This document shows, one piece after another, positions 46,991 through 56,803 of a stretch of 64,000 nucleotides of DNA. The notes below the pieces were generated by a model that saw nothing but the letters and a program-made list of their open reading frames with translations, was not told where the DNA came from and ran no database searches. This stretch comes from Escherichia phage vB_EcoM_LNA1. The stretch lies in the sequence record MZ311863.1; one strand, given 5' to 3'. The position numbers and the translations under genes are program-made. The stretch's first letter is position 1; every line of letters begins with the position of its first letter.

Positions 46991-48640
46991 CTTCAAAGCT
47001 CCTTTTCATAGGGGCTTTTTTACGTCTTATCGAATCCCTATACAATCCCTTTCCCTTTCCTTTCCAGAATCTCTCCCACTGATTCGATAGAATCTATCTC
47101 AGACCTTAAAAAGCAATAACTCTGTAGCTTATCCTATAGCCTTTTATCAAATCAACTTAAATATAAGCCCATAACCCGAAAGGGAAGGGCAACCATTTAA
47201 ACGCCCTATAAAGCCCTATAACGGCCTTTTTAACCTAACTTAAGGGATTGCATTACCTCACCCTTAAAAGCCCTTTATAAAGCTTCCCAGAGCCTTAAAA
47301 GAATCTTATAAGGGTGTAAGCTTTATCATCTCGTTAGTATTCTTGTGAATAACTAAAAAGGGCTTGTCAGTGTCTTAAAAGTATGTTATAGGGGCTATAA
47401 AGTTACTTCAAAGTTACGTGATAGATAGCTTAAAAGTTACGTAAATGCTAGCCCCCTTAACATTTTCTTAACAATTTCTTAACAAACCCTACATAGTTAT
47501 GCTTGTTAGGGACTTGTTAGCAACTTGTTAAATCTCTGTTACAACCATGTAAAAGCCTTGTAAGAACCTTTGACATAGCCTTTAAAGCTCCTGTAAAGCC
47601 CTATAAAGGGCTATCCATACAGTTGAGGGGTAAATACTAGGGAGAGCCTGAAAAGAGCCTATAAAGGGCTATAGAGAGCTTTTAAAAGGGCTATTTAGAG
47701 AGTCACTAAGAGGGAAAGGGAACGATAAGAAAAGAATAGTGACCATGTTAATAGCCTGTTAAAAAGATTAAACACTTGTTAGGAACTTGTTAATTATCTT
47801 AACAAAATAACCCTTTAAAATTAACTTGTTAACTCTTGTTAGTCATCTGTTAAGACTCTGTAAAGACCATATAGCAACTGTTAAGGAACTGTTACCCTCT
47901 TGTTAAAACTGTTAAAAATCTGTTAATACCTCTGAAGAGATGTTAAAAAGATGTGAGAACTGTTGAGAGATTGTTAATGATATTTTAAAATTTTGCAAAG
48001 GGGGTGTTAAGGAGCTGTTAAGGGCTACCAAGCAGATATACATCTTCTACAGATATTTTTCAGTTCCTTCAAAAACCCTAAAAAATGACTTGATAGTCCT
48101 ATTTTATAAAAATTTTAAAAATCTGAATAATTACCCAGACAGTCTTTTAAAAATACAGGCATAAACAGGCTTATAAGATACCTTGTTAGTACCGTGTTAG
48201 ACCTTGTGAGATAAGGTCTGTAAAGATATTCCTGTTAAGTTTGTTAAAACAGTCTATATAGAGGCTTAGTAATACCTAGTGAACACCTATAGAGGGTAAC
48301 ATAGCTTACCTAGAGATTAAGAGGTGTATAGGAGCTTCTAAGAGGGTGTAGAGGTATGGTTAAGGTGATTGTATAGGTTGTTAAGAAGGCTTGTTAGAAG
48401 AGTGTTTAGAAGGACTATACAGAGGGGCTATTAAGACCACTAGATAGATACTAAGATGCTATATAGTACTATATAACTATATAGAGAGTAAGATTAAGAA
48501 GGTTGTTAAGAAGGATAGATATTTTATTCACATATGATGGTGACCCAGAGGTTGGGACAACCGATAAAATTTTATAAAAAATATAAATTTCGTAAATTTT
48601 ACTCAATAAAAAGCCCCCAATTAAGGAGGCTCTTAAGATA
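46985..48640. repeat. ORF-free region dense in short direct repeats
   Basis: no ORF of 60 aa or more on either strand across about 1.65 kb; more than 30 copies of YTGTTAR (cttgttag, ctgttaa, ttgttaa), plus recurring CTTAAAAG and TATAAAGGGCTAT words. Confidence 0.6.
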
Positions 48641-48642
48641 TT

Positions 48643-49236
48643 TTAAATCAGTGTTTCCAGAACTGTTTTTAATGATGACTTGGTTGTCTGATAAAAATGA
48701 GTAAATCCGTTGTTGTTATCGAATATCTGCATCATGATATCATCTCCCTTGATTGGGTACACTCGGATATCATAGTGAAACCCATTAAAGACAGCAGAAC
48801 CATTACAGAACACACTAAAGTCATCCACTGAGATGTACTCTTCATGACCTGTGATTTTTATACAGATGCCTTTACTCGGTCTCTTAGGGTTGATATCTTC
48901 CATCACAGACATACTCTGCCCACCAAGAGATACCATAGTGACCACTTTACGGTTCTTCTGTTTAAAGTACATCTTAACTTTCTGCAAAGTGTCTTCATAG
49001 AACGGATAAGACCTTTCTACAAAGATTCCTTCAAGTGGCTCTTTACCTTTTACAATACCTCTGGTATGACGTACTGCAAAGATAATTTGTTGGAACCAGT
49101 CAAGATTTTCTTCGGAGAGTGCTTCTCGAACATCACTCCAGTCAAGCACTAAGTAGTTACCTTCAACTTCTTTTAAGTTATCTTTTTCCATATCTATCAC
49201 ACCGTTATCGTAAAACTTGGTAGGCTGGTACTGCAA
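48643..49236 (-). CDS. hypothetical protein
   Basis: 197-aa ORF, first gene of minus-strand block. Confidence 0.4.
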   Translation of the reverse strand: MQYQPTKFYDNGVIDMEKDNLKEVEGNYLVLDWSDVREALSEENLDWFQQIIFAVRHTRGIVKGKEPLEGIFVERSYPFYEDTLQKVKMYFKQKNRKVVTMVSLGGQSMSVMEDINPKRPSKGICIKITGHEEYISVDDFSVFCNGSAVFNGFHYDIRVYPIKGDDIMMQIFDNNNGFTHFYQTTKSSLKTVLETLI

Positions 49237-49669
49237 ACTTGTTGCTGTTGTTCTTAATAAGGTCTTCTTCTGTTACTAAGAATGTAATCCCACATAAGTG
49301 CTTATAGCGGCTATCATACTCAAATATTTTAAGTAGGTATTTACCATCATGATAGACAGATTCTACTACACCTTTTGCAACAATCTTTCCAGTCTTGAAG
49401 TCTTTAAGACGGTATACATTACCAACTTTAGGGACTGTTTTCACTTCAGGTTCTTTTAGCTTCTCACCAAATTCTACATCACCTAGTAAGTGAGAACTTT
49501 CAAACGCTACATATTGCATATAAGCTTCTGAGCATTCCCAGATAAAACAATGTACAAGAACCTTAGCAGCATGTCTTGAACAATTCAAATTATCACAAAT
49601 CTCTTTGTACATTTCGTCTTTAGTTGAGTTATCAAGCATTGCTTTTTGAACGACTTCTTTAATTTTCAT
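49205..49669 (-). CDS. hypothetical protein
   Basis: 154-aa ORF. Confidence 0.4.
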   Translation of the reverse strand: MKIKEVVQKAMLDNSTKDEMYKEICDNLNCSRHAAKVLVHCFIWECSEAYMQYVAFESSHLLGDVEFGEKLKEPEVKTVPKVGNVYRLKDFKTGKIVAKGVVESVYHDGKYLLKIFEYDSRYKHLCGITFLVTEEDLIKNNSNKFAVPAYQVLR

Positions 49670-49721
49670 TTCGCTACCTTCTAAGTTTCTACAAAGGGGC
49701 TATCAAGTAACCCCTAAGTTA

Positions 49722-49946
49722 TTACTCAGACTTTTCAGTCTTCTTATCGGATTTCTTACTAGTCTTCTTCTCAGCTTTCTGCTCAGGTTCCTTCTCAGGA
49801 GTTGCCTTGATAACCATATCAAGAAGCTCTGATAAGTCACTCTTCAGCAAAGTAACAGGCTGCTCGTTGTAGAAGTTTTTGTCAAGATAAACTTTAAACT
49901 CTTCTATAGAAGGAAATCCAAAAATTGGTACAGGTGTCTTAATCAT
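49722..49946 (-). CDS. hypothetical protein with lysine-rich C-terminus
   Basis: 74-aa ORF. Confidence 0.3.
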   Translation of the reverse strand: MIKTPVPIFGFPSIEEFKVYLDKNFYNEQPVTLLKSDLSELLDMVIKATPEKEPEQKAEKKTSKKSDKKTEKSE

Positions 49947-50022
49947 TACTTAGTCTCTCCATAGGCATCTTTTAAGATTGCCTTGTTAATCATTTCAGCG
50001 ATTGCAAAACGAACACATACAG

Positions 50023-50556
50023 CTATAATTGTAGGTTGCATTCTTTACTTACCTCTTCAAGTTTAATCTCAGAGTCCTTAAGTCGTTTCTTATGAACTCT
50101 GAACCTCATTAGTGAGATGATGATACCAGCTAAAGGGACAGCATACAAGTACCATACATCATAAACCTTTGCAGTAATCTGTGTAATGGTCAAGTCTTGA
50201 ATTATGTAGCTGATTACTGATACTGCCAGTAACGTTGCTAAGAAGAATACCAGTACCATAGCAATACTTAGGCATCTTCTGGCATGGTGTTCATGCTTAA
50301 TGCACTTATTCTTTTCGTCAACAACCCTGTTGTAGTCGTTTGTAAAGTCTCTGTAGAAAGCTTTCAAGTATTCTTGAGTGTAGCCCTCAAAGCAACCTGT
50401 ACCGTACCAATAATCACCACCAAAATGTGCTATGATACCGGTATCTCCATTTGGTTTCGTCACTCTTAAAGAAGTGTGGTGGCGAGTATCCTGAAAATCT
50501 ATCTTATATCTTTCTTCGTAAATCATTTTCCAATCCCTCTCAATCGTTTGTTCCAC
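50023..50556 (-). CDS. hypothetical membrane protein
   Basis: 177 aa; two hydrophobic helices (LSIAMVLVFFLATLLAVSVISYII, YLYAVPLAGIIISL). Confidence 0.4.
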   Translation of the reverse strand: MEQTIERDWKMIYEERYKIDFQDTRHHTSLRVTKPNGDTGIIAHFGGDYWYGTGCFEGYTQEYLKAFYRDFTNDYNRVVDEKNKCIKHEHHARRCLSIAMVLVFFLATLLAVSVISYIIQDLTITQITAKVYDVWYLYAVPLAGIIISLMRFRVHKKRLKDSEIKLEEVSKECNLQL

Positions 50557-50741
50557 TCAAGGTCAACAAGCCTTTGCAGGACTTTCCCTCTAGGTGTTAC
50601 ACCTTTTAAATCTGCATCGTAGCAACGGTAAAAGTCACCTTCAGCGTGTTTACCATAGCATTTTCTGATATTCTGGCTCCTACGATACTGCTCTAACAGG
50701 GACAGTTTGTAGTAGTCTTCAACTGTAGTTAGTTTTTTCAT
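50523..50741 (-). CDS. hypothetical protein
   Basis: 72-aa ORF. Confidence 0.3.
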   Translation of the reverse strand: MKKLTTVEDYYKLSLLEQYRRSQNIRKCYGKHAEGDFYRCYDADLKGVTPRGKVLQRLVDLEWNKRLRGIGK

Positions 50742-50824
50742 TCTTTTACCATGTCTCTTATCTAGAAACTAAAAAGGGAACTACCTCTCGATAGCTCCCA
50801 TCATAGTCAATATTGTATACTCGG

Positions 50825-51406
50825 TCAAGAGTATTTTTTAGGCAGCAATGCACTGCGCTTGTTACTCTCTTCACTCAATAGTGCAATGAAATCATCACTT
50901 TTACCTTTCCACGGGCTGAATGAAGGGATATGTTCACGGATAGCCTCAATCACTGTTTTAAGTGCTGTGTTCTTCATCCACCAATCAGAATCTGCTGATG
51001 CTACCACGTAGTATCCACCGTCATCAGTTAAAATCGGCTCTGAAATACATGGTGAAATCAAAGTGGTGATGATTGAACCATTGTTCATGTAGTATGTACG
51101 CTTCATAACCTTTTCAAGAAGCTTGTGAAGGTCACCAAACAGTGCTACAAGTTCTTTGTGGTCAATGTCTTTTTCGAGGCTTGCTCGGTACTTCAATAGT
51201 GCAGCATCAACCTCTCTGTCATTAAACTTGAAGTACTGGACTTCATCAACAAGGCAAACACTGATATTGTTAACATTCATAGTCAACTTGCAAACTTTTG
51301 CAGGAGAGTTGATACTTGGTTGAAAAAGTGCAATACACCCTTCAATGTTTCCAAAATGTTGGACTAGTGTTACTTGTGGAGTGATATTCTGTTGCTCTTC
51401 GGACAT
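50825..51406 (-). CDS. hypothetical protein
   Basis: 193-aa ORF. Confidence 0.4.
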   Translation of the reverse strand: MSEEQQNITPQVTLVQHFGNIEGCIALFQPSINSPAKVCKLTMNVNNISVCLVDEVQYFKFNDREVDAALLKYRASLEKDIDHKELVALFGDLHKLLEKVMKRTYYMNNGSIITTLISPCISEPILTDDGGYYVVASADSDWWMKNTALKTVIEAIREHIPSFSPWKGKSDDFIALLSEESNKRSALLPKKYS

Positions 51407-51750
51407 TACAGTTTCCTCATTAAATACTTTTTAAGTTGTGTGTTAGGTTTCTCAAAAACTTCTATAGAAGATATCTTAACAGCTTCACCACGCATACCTG
51501 TATGTTTGAATATGTAGTACTCTAACATCCCTATGTACTTTGCTGGTAAGTCATGCTTGACATACACCGTCACAGAATCTTCAAATTCAACGACCTTTGT
51601 ACCATCTTTGTAGTTAAACTCTTTAGGATGGTTGTAGTTATCTATGTCGTACATTAAAAAGAGTCTTTTACGTTGTAAGTCAAGCTTATTTGTTAAAGAC
51701 TCTTTGATATCTGAGAAGTTTTTGTACACTGTGACATGGAGCTTACTCAT
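51406..51750 (-). CDS. hypothetical protein
   Basis: 114-aa ORF. Confidence 0.35.
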   Translation of the reverse strand: MSKLHVTVYKNFSDIKESLTNKLDLQRKRLFLMYDIDNYNHPKEFNYKDGTKVVEFEDSVTVYVKHDLPAKYIGMLEYYIFKHTGMRGEAVKISSIEVFEKPNTQLKKYLMRKL

Positions 51751-52036
51751 CGTTAAACTCTCTGACGAAGAAATAGTTGACTTTGTTATTACCTACCATA
51801 AGGTCAAAGCAGGTATTCTCAAAAGGTTTGTTGTAGGCATCATATGAAACATATGGGTCAGCTACTTGCTTAGTGCTTAACTTCTTACTTGATGGGTTTA
51901 AGAGGCCACCATACAGCTTCTTGATAGACTCTTCTACAACAGACCAGATGATTTCGTCAGTAATTTCTTCGTACAGGTCAAGTTCACGCTCTAGTGAGAA
52001 GTCACAAATAGGGAAAATAACCTGTACTTTACTCAT
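51743..52036 (-). CDS. hypothetical protein
   Basis: 97-aa ORF. Confidence 0.35.
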   Translation of the reverse strand: MSKVQVIFPICDFSLERELDLYEEITDEIIWSVVEESIKKLYGGLLNPSSKKLSTKQVADPYVSYDAYNKPFENTCFDLMVGNNKVNYFFVREFNDE

Positions 52037-52431
52037 TAGCGAATGACCTGTGTTACCTGAATAGCTTCAGTTACTGACAAATCACCAACCGTTTCTTCTT
52101 TGACGAAGGTGAAGGTAAGTTCAACAGGCTCTTGTTCTTCCTGCTCAACCGGAATACCGTTAAGCTCATCAAAGATTGATTGAGTTGTCCAGTCTTCTCC
52201 ACCATCTGGGTAGTGGATTGCGTAAAGTGGAAACTCTAAATTATACCAAGCAAAAACAGGGCAACCATCTGCATCATCTCGACATCTGTGGAGATATGTG
52301 TTTGTACCTTCAAAATGCAAATGGAGATTACCATTCTTCTCAAATAGAAGAGCATCTTGCAGGTCTAGTTCCTCATTTTCGCTGTAACGGCTGACATCAA
52401 CCTTAACATGGATATGACTGTTATTATTCAT
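52036..52431 (-). CDS. hypothetical protein
   Basis: 131-aa ORF. Confidence 0.35.
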   Translation of the reverse strand: MNNNSHIHVKVDVSRYSENEELDLQDALLFEKNGNLHLHFEGTNTYLHRCRDDADGCPVFAWYNLEFPLYAIHYPDGGEDWTTQSIFDELNGIPVEQEEQEPVELTFTFVKEETVGDLSVTEAIQVTQVIR

Positions 52432-52822
52432 AAAAACCTCTCTCTGCTTGTTCGATTTTTGCTCTTAAAATTTCGCAATGTTGTAAATGGTAGTTAGCTT
52501 CTTGTTCATGTGTTGCTAACTGCCTTTCAAGAACAGTTTTATAATAACCTGCAAGTTGCTCTTTTGTCAATGGGTGCTCTGAAATAATATCAAGTCCACT
52601 TTCACCAAGAGGATTGAATTGTCCATGCTCATTGACATTGTAAGTCTCAAACTTGAACATACCATTGTTCACAGACTCAATAGGTGACAGTTCAACAAGC
52701 TCTACAGTAAACCGTGTATACACCTTGTCGCCTCTTGAAACTACATTGTTTCCAATGATGCGTACAAGCGAACCATTACGAGTGTATTTAAAAGTCCCAA
52801 AATCACTAGCCCAAAGCTTCAT
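52424..52822 (-). CDS. hypothetical protein
   Basis: start moved to internal Met (MKLWASDFG); the upstream part of the ORF (GSFGSLFFFS) is translation of a terminator hairpin. Confidence 0.35.
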   Translation of the reverse strand: MKLWASDFGTFKYTRNGSLVRIIGNNVVSRGDKVYTRFTVELVELSPIESVNNGMFKFETYNVNEHGQFNPLGESGLDIISEHPLTKEQLAGYYKTVLERQLATHEQEANYHLQHCEILRAKIEQAERGFYE

Positions 52823-52840
52823 AGTTTTCTCCTTAGAAAA

Positions 52841-52866
52841 AAAAAAAAGGCTCCCGAAGGAGCCTA
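52841..52866 (-). terminator. intrinsic terminator (minus strand)
   Basis: minus-strand ggctccTTCGggagcc followed by a run of 10 T. Confidence 0.6.
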
Positions 52867-52874
52867 TGAAGATA

Positions 52875-53339
52875 TTACTTTGGATATACACTGTCAAGAT
52901 AAATGTTAGCTTCCATTCTACGTCTGTTTTTCAGTCCGTTTGAAGTAACCTTCTCACCTTTGACTGTAATCTTGTTCCACCACTGCATAGCTTCTGCACA
53001 ACCTACCTTATTACCAGCATTGTGGCGCTTGATAAATGTAGAGTCCTGCATAGCTGTGATACCGATGTTGTATGTTTCACTTACAAGTGCGTCGAACTCA
53101 TTCTGAGAAGTGGGAACCTTGATAGCTTTGTTCACTGCTGTAACAAACTTTTCAACATCTGCGAGAAGATACTGTTCAGCTTGTTCAGCCGTGATTTTCA
53201 TACCCATCTTAACAGGTTTTCCGTCAATACGGATTGTACCATACCCGATTGTTGGGATTCCGGCAGAATCTTTGTAAGCCTCTAACTTCAGACCTTCAAA
53301 GAACTTAATGGCTTCTAAGCCTTTTCTTGAGAGTTGCAT
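52875..53339 (-). CDS. endolysin, GH24 lysozyme family
   Basis: 154 aa; EGLKLEAYKDSAGIPTIGYG matches lambda R / P22 gp19 lysozyme catalytic region. Confidence 0.7.
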   Translation of the reverse strand: MQLSRKGLEAIKFFEGLKLEAYKDSAGIPTIGYGTIRIDGKPVKMGMKITAEQAEQYLLADVEKFVTAVNKAIKVPTSQNEFDALVSETYNIGITAMQDSTFIKRHNAGNKVGCAEAMQWWNKITVKGEKVTSNGLKNRRRMEANIYLDSVYPK

Positions 53340-54724
53340 TATGCCCCTCCTGCTGGGTTAACTGTAACCGTTGCCGCATTAGATGTTACAGAGCCACCTG
53401 CACCAGTTACAACGCAAGTGTAGCTTCCTGCATCAGCAGCGGTTGCACCTTCTTTGGTGTAAGTTGCAGTAGTTGCGTCTGGGATGTTTTCCTCACCCTT
53501 CTTCCACTGATAGCCTGTTGCACCTGTTGCCACAACATTCAGCGTTAAGGTCTCACCTTCAGTGATTTCTTGATTGGTTGGCTGTTGAGTGATTACAGGA
53601 AGAGCATTCACAGTAACTGTCGCTGCATTAGAAGTGACTGTTGTACCACCTGCACCAGTAACTACACAGGTATATGAACCAGCATCAGCAGGGGCTGCTT
53701 TAGCTTTCGTGTAAGTTGCACCAGTTGCGCTAGGGATGTTCACATTGTCTTTCTTCCATTGGTAACCTGTTGCACCTGTAGCCTCAACGCTCAGCGTCAA
53801 GCTACTACCTTCATTGACTGCTTGGCTGGTTGGCTGCTTGGTAATCACTGGTAGAGCGTTTACTACAACAGTCGCAGGGCTAGAAGTAACAGAACCACCT
53901 GCACCCGTTACAACGCAAGTGTATGAACCTGCATCTGCTGGCAGTGCGCCAGACTTGCTATAAGTAGCTTCTGTAGCTGAAGGGATGTCAGAGCCATCTT
54001 TCTTCCATTGGTAACCTGTTGCACCTGTTGCAGCCACTTCCAAGTTGATATTCCCACCCTCATTGATGGTCTGGCTAGAAGGTTGCTGTGTAATCACAGG
54101 TAGTGCATTAACAGTAACTGTTGCCGCGTCTGAAGTAACACTTGTCCCAGCCTCTCCAGATACAACACAAGTATATGAACCAGCATCGGCAGGTACTACA
54201 GATTGTTTTGTATAAGTTGCAGAAGTGGCACTGGAGATATCCTCACCACCCTTCTTCCATTGATATCCAGTGGCGTTAGTTGCAAGAACGCTTAGGGTAA
54301 GTGTGCCACCCTCATTAACTGTTTGGTTTGTTGGTTGCTGAGTAATTGCTGGTGGCTTAATAGCATCCTTCAGCTTAGCATTCAACATTGAGAACGGCTT
54401 AACTCTTGCCAACCATTCACAATACACTGTATCAACGTCTTTACCATTGATAATTGCATATTGTAAATCCATGAAGAAGTCAGAAGTTCTCATTTGAGCA
54501 CCGACGCTGTAAAGCAAATCATCACTAAAAGGAACTTTATAGTCTGGTTTGTAGTCAAACTTCTCAACTTCTGCGATATCAGCTTCAGGCCAATATGAGC
54601 TATAGGTTAGTGGTAAAATAGCCTCTTGATATGTTCTAAAATCATATCTCTTACCAGCCTTTACGTTTGCAATGAAGCCCTTCACAAACTCTTTGAAGTC
54701 TGGGTAAGTCTTTGCTTTAATCAT
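53339..54724 (-). CDS. protein with four tandem Ig-like repeats
   Basis: 461 aa; about 170-aa N-terminal domain then four ~95-aa repeats each containing ATGYQWKK...ADAGSYTCVV (Ig/I-set-like); underlying DNA 53357-54347 is tandemly repeated. Confidence 0.5.
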   Translation of the reverse strand: MIKAKTYPDFKEFVKGFIANVKAGKRYDFRTYQEAILPLTYSSYWPEADIAEVEKFDYKPDYKVPFSDDLLYSVGAQMRTSDFFMDLQYAIINGKDVDTVYCEWLARVKPFSMLNAKLKDAIKPPAITQQPTNQTVNEGGTLTLSVLATNATGYQWKKGGEDISSATSATYTKQSVVPADAGSYTCVVSGEAGTSVTSDAATVTVNALPVITQQPSSQTINEGGNINLEVAATGATGYQWKKDGSDIPSATEATYSKSGALPADAGSYTCVVTGAGGSVTSSPATVVVNALPVITKQPTSQAVNEGSSLTLSVEATGATGYQWKKDNVNIPSATGATYTKAKAAPADAGSYTCVVTGAGGTTVTSNAATVTVNALPVITQQPTNQEITEGETLTLNVVATGATGYQWKKGEENIPDATTATYTKEGATAADAGSYTCVVTGAGGSVTSNAATVTVNPAGGA

Positions 54725-55092
54725 TTCTTTTTAGCCTCTAAATGTGCGTTTAATCTAAAATAACCTTTATGATGTGAAGATACATCGCCGACAACAATAC
54801 CTTTAATCTCATAACCCTTACCAATCACATATTGGATATCCATAAGAAATCTACCAAGACCAACAATATGAAACATTGGATATAATAGATTTTCAGAATC
54901 TGGAATGTGCATTTCAGGGTTGTAGGCAGGTTGTTCACTTGTTGGTGTGATATCTTCTTCAGGCCATTTACTTAGTCTCCATGTCAAAGGTGTTGGGATA
55001 ACATCACTAAGATTGTACCTTTCACCCTTTTTCACAGAATTGATGTAGGATTGTAGGAAGCAGTAAAAGTCTTTTGCACTCTTAGCCTTCAT
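54721..55092 (-). CDS. paralogue of the N-terminal domain of the Ig-repeat protein
   Basis: 123 aa; shares KAK..F..F...I..VK.G.RY and FLMDIQY(V/A)I blocks with N-terminus of 53339-54724 product. Confidence 0.4.
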   Translation of the reverse strand: MKAKSAKDFYCFLQSYINSVKKGERYNLSDVIPTPLTWRLSKWPEEDITPTSEQPAYNPEMHIPDSENLLYPMFHIVGLGRFLMDIQYVIGKGYEIKGIVVGDVSSHHKGYFRLNAHLEAKKK

Positions 55093-55140
55093 TAAATATC
55101 CTTATAAATAGTAAAAGGGGTATCAACCCCCTATCTACAC

Positions 55141-55731
55141 TTAAGCCTTAGTCTTAAGTAGGTTCTTAAGTTTTTTGAGATTCATACTCTCATCGAACTT
55201 AAAACCAAATCCATTGACATAATCAATGAACTCGGATTTTTTGCTAAGTGATAGCGCATAATCCATATCAAAGCTGTTACTTGTTTCTGCGTCTGGACTA
55301 GAGTTCACATCAAATGAAATTTCTGTAGGCTCTTGTTTGCTTTTTCTCATATTATCCACTAATAAGCAGGTATAGTTTGCTGGATAGAAGTTCACACTCC
55401 CGTCAACGTAGCTATACTTATTATTGTGAATAAGGTTGGAAAATACCTTAAGAAATGTTTCTGAGTCGTGGCATACAAGCTTGAATTGACTAGACTCTCC
55501 AAGAGCAACTAATGAATATGGACTTTCACTATCAAAGGCATAGTTTGGATTCGATGCCGTTACTGTTACACGCATCAAATTATTAGCGATGGTTTTTTGT
55601 TTAAAAGAGTTTTGAACATAGAAAAGACCTCTGTCACACTGGTTGACTAACTCTTTCAAGAGGTCATTTGCATATGGTGAATTAATTGATACAGAGCCAT
55701 CACTATTGTAATTAAAAGTTACTGTTAACAT
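55141..55731 (-). CDS. hypothetical protein
   Basis: 196-aa ORF. Confidence 0.35.
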   Translation of the reverse strand: MLTVTFNYNSDGSVSINSPYANDLLKELVNQCDRGLFYVQNSFKQKTIANNLMRVTVTASNPNYAFDSESPYSLVALGESSQFKLVCHDSETFLKVFSNLIHNNKYSYVDGSVNFYPANYTCLLVDNMRKSKQEPTEISFDVNSSPDAETSNSFDMDYALSLSKKSEFIDYVNGFGFKFDESMNLKKLKNLLKTKA

Positions 55732-55958
55732 TTTTCAGTTCTCCTGCGATTTATAATTTTGCTGCAATAGAGAAACGAAGTAAACTCACTGGAAGAAACC
55801 ATTAAGTGTTGTTCACTAGATTGAGCCATTGCCCTGAAATACATTCCAGTCAAAGCATCATAGTGACTATTCTTTCCAATTGAGGTTATATAGCCATGAC
55901 TCTTTGCAGTTTGATATAAATCTATAATATCTGCGATTTCTAATTGGGAACTACACAT
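55725..55958 (-). CDS. hypothetical protein
   Basis: 77-aa ORF. Confidence 0.3.
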   Translation of the reverse strand: MCSSQLEIADIIDLYQTAKSHGYITSIGKNSHYDALTGMYFRAMAQSSEQHLMVSSSEFTSFLYCSKIINRRRTEKC

Positions 55959-56350
55959 AGATAATCCTCTTGTCTTCTGTAATTTTGAAAGAACAGGTAC
56001 AGACCAATTTCAGAGGATGAATAGTAGAGTAACTCTACCCTTTTTGATTCCTTACAGTGATTGGTGTTTTTACCTTTCTTCGGGTTATTTGATTTTCTCA
56101 TTAAGTCTCCTTTGTAGAACAAGGCAGACCTACAGCTTTAAGTAAGATGGTACAGTAATCCATACAACAAGTCAAGAACTATTACAAGTTAAAAAAGTTG
56201 TTGACAAAGTACTTGACAAGGTGTAGGCTTATAAATACTTAGAAGATAACTTAAAAGGTTCCTCTAAAAAGGCTATTTAAACAGATATCTTTCTGGATAT
56301 CTATCTTTTATCTTAAAAGCCTTTTAAGAGGTCTTATAAGAGGCATACCA

Positions 56351-56722
56351 ATGAAAAACAGAACAAACAAAGGCCAGTTTAAAAAAGGCCAATCTGGAAA
56401 CCCATCTGGAAGACCAAAAGGCTCTCGTAACAAAAGCTCACTTGTAAAAGCTCAACTGACCATTGATAATTCTGCTGAGTTTGCTGCAAAGCTGTTTGAG
56501 GCAATTGTTACAAGGGATGCTGCTAAGCTTGCAGAGTTCGGGTTAAACACAGATGACGTAACCATCAAGAGTATGATTGAGGTCGGTAAAACCATCTTTA
56601 CTCACTCAGCAGGTGAGATGAAAGCACTTGCAGCAGACACTAAGAAAACCCCTGATAATGGTGGTCAGCCACAGACAGATAACAAACCAACGTTCTCTGC
56701 TGTAGCGACTCTCAAAAAATAA
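56351..56722 (+). CDS. hypothetical protein with GNPSGRPKG motif (DUF5681-like)
   Basis: 123 aa; N-terminal KGQFKKGQSGNPSGRPKGSRN, a motif I recall from a phage/plasmid DUF family. Confidence 0.35.
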   Translation: MKNRTNKGQFKKGQSGNPSGRPKGSRNKSSLVKAQLTIDNSAEFAAKLFEAIVTRDAAKLAEFGLNTDDVTIKSMIEVGKTIFTHSAGEMKALAADTKKTPDNGGQPQTDNKPTFSAVATLKK

Positions 56723-56803
56723 TTTTAAAAGGTGTTGACAGACTCTGCAAAGTTGTTCTAAAGTCTGTCACATCAAACAACAAATGAGAGAAGAGAGTAA
56801 AAT

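Noticed and set aside
46985-48640. Possible CRISPR array in the repeat-dense ORF-free region
   Set aside because: Repeat units are only 6-13 bp, spacing is irregular and there are no 25-40-bp identical repeats separated by unique spacers
52822-52897. N-terminal 25 codons of ORF 52424-52897
   Set aside because: This part translates the minus-strand terminator hairpin and T-run (GSFGSLFFFS); the true start is more likely the internal Met at 52822
53400-54350. Non-coding tandem satellite repeats
   Set aside because: The repeats are in-frame within a long minus-strand ORF and encode Ig-like domains, so they are coding domain duplications
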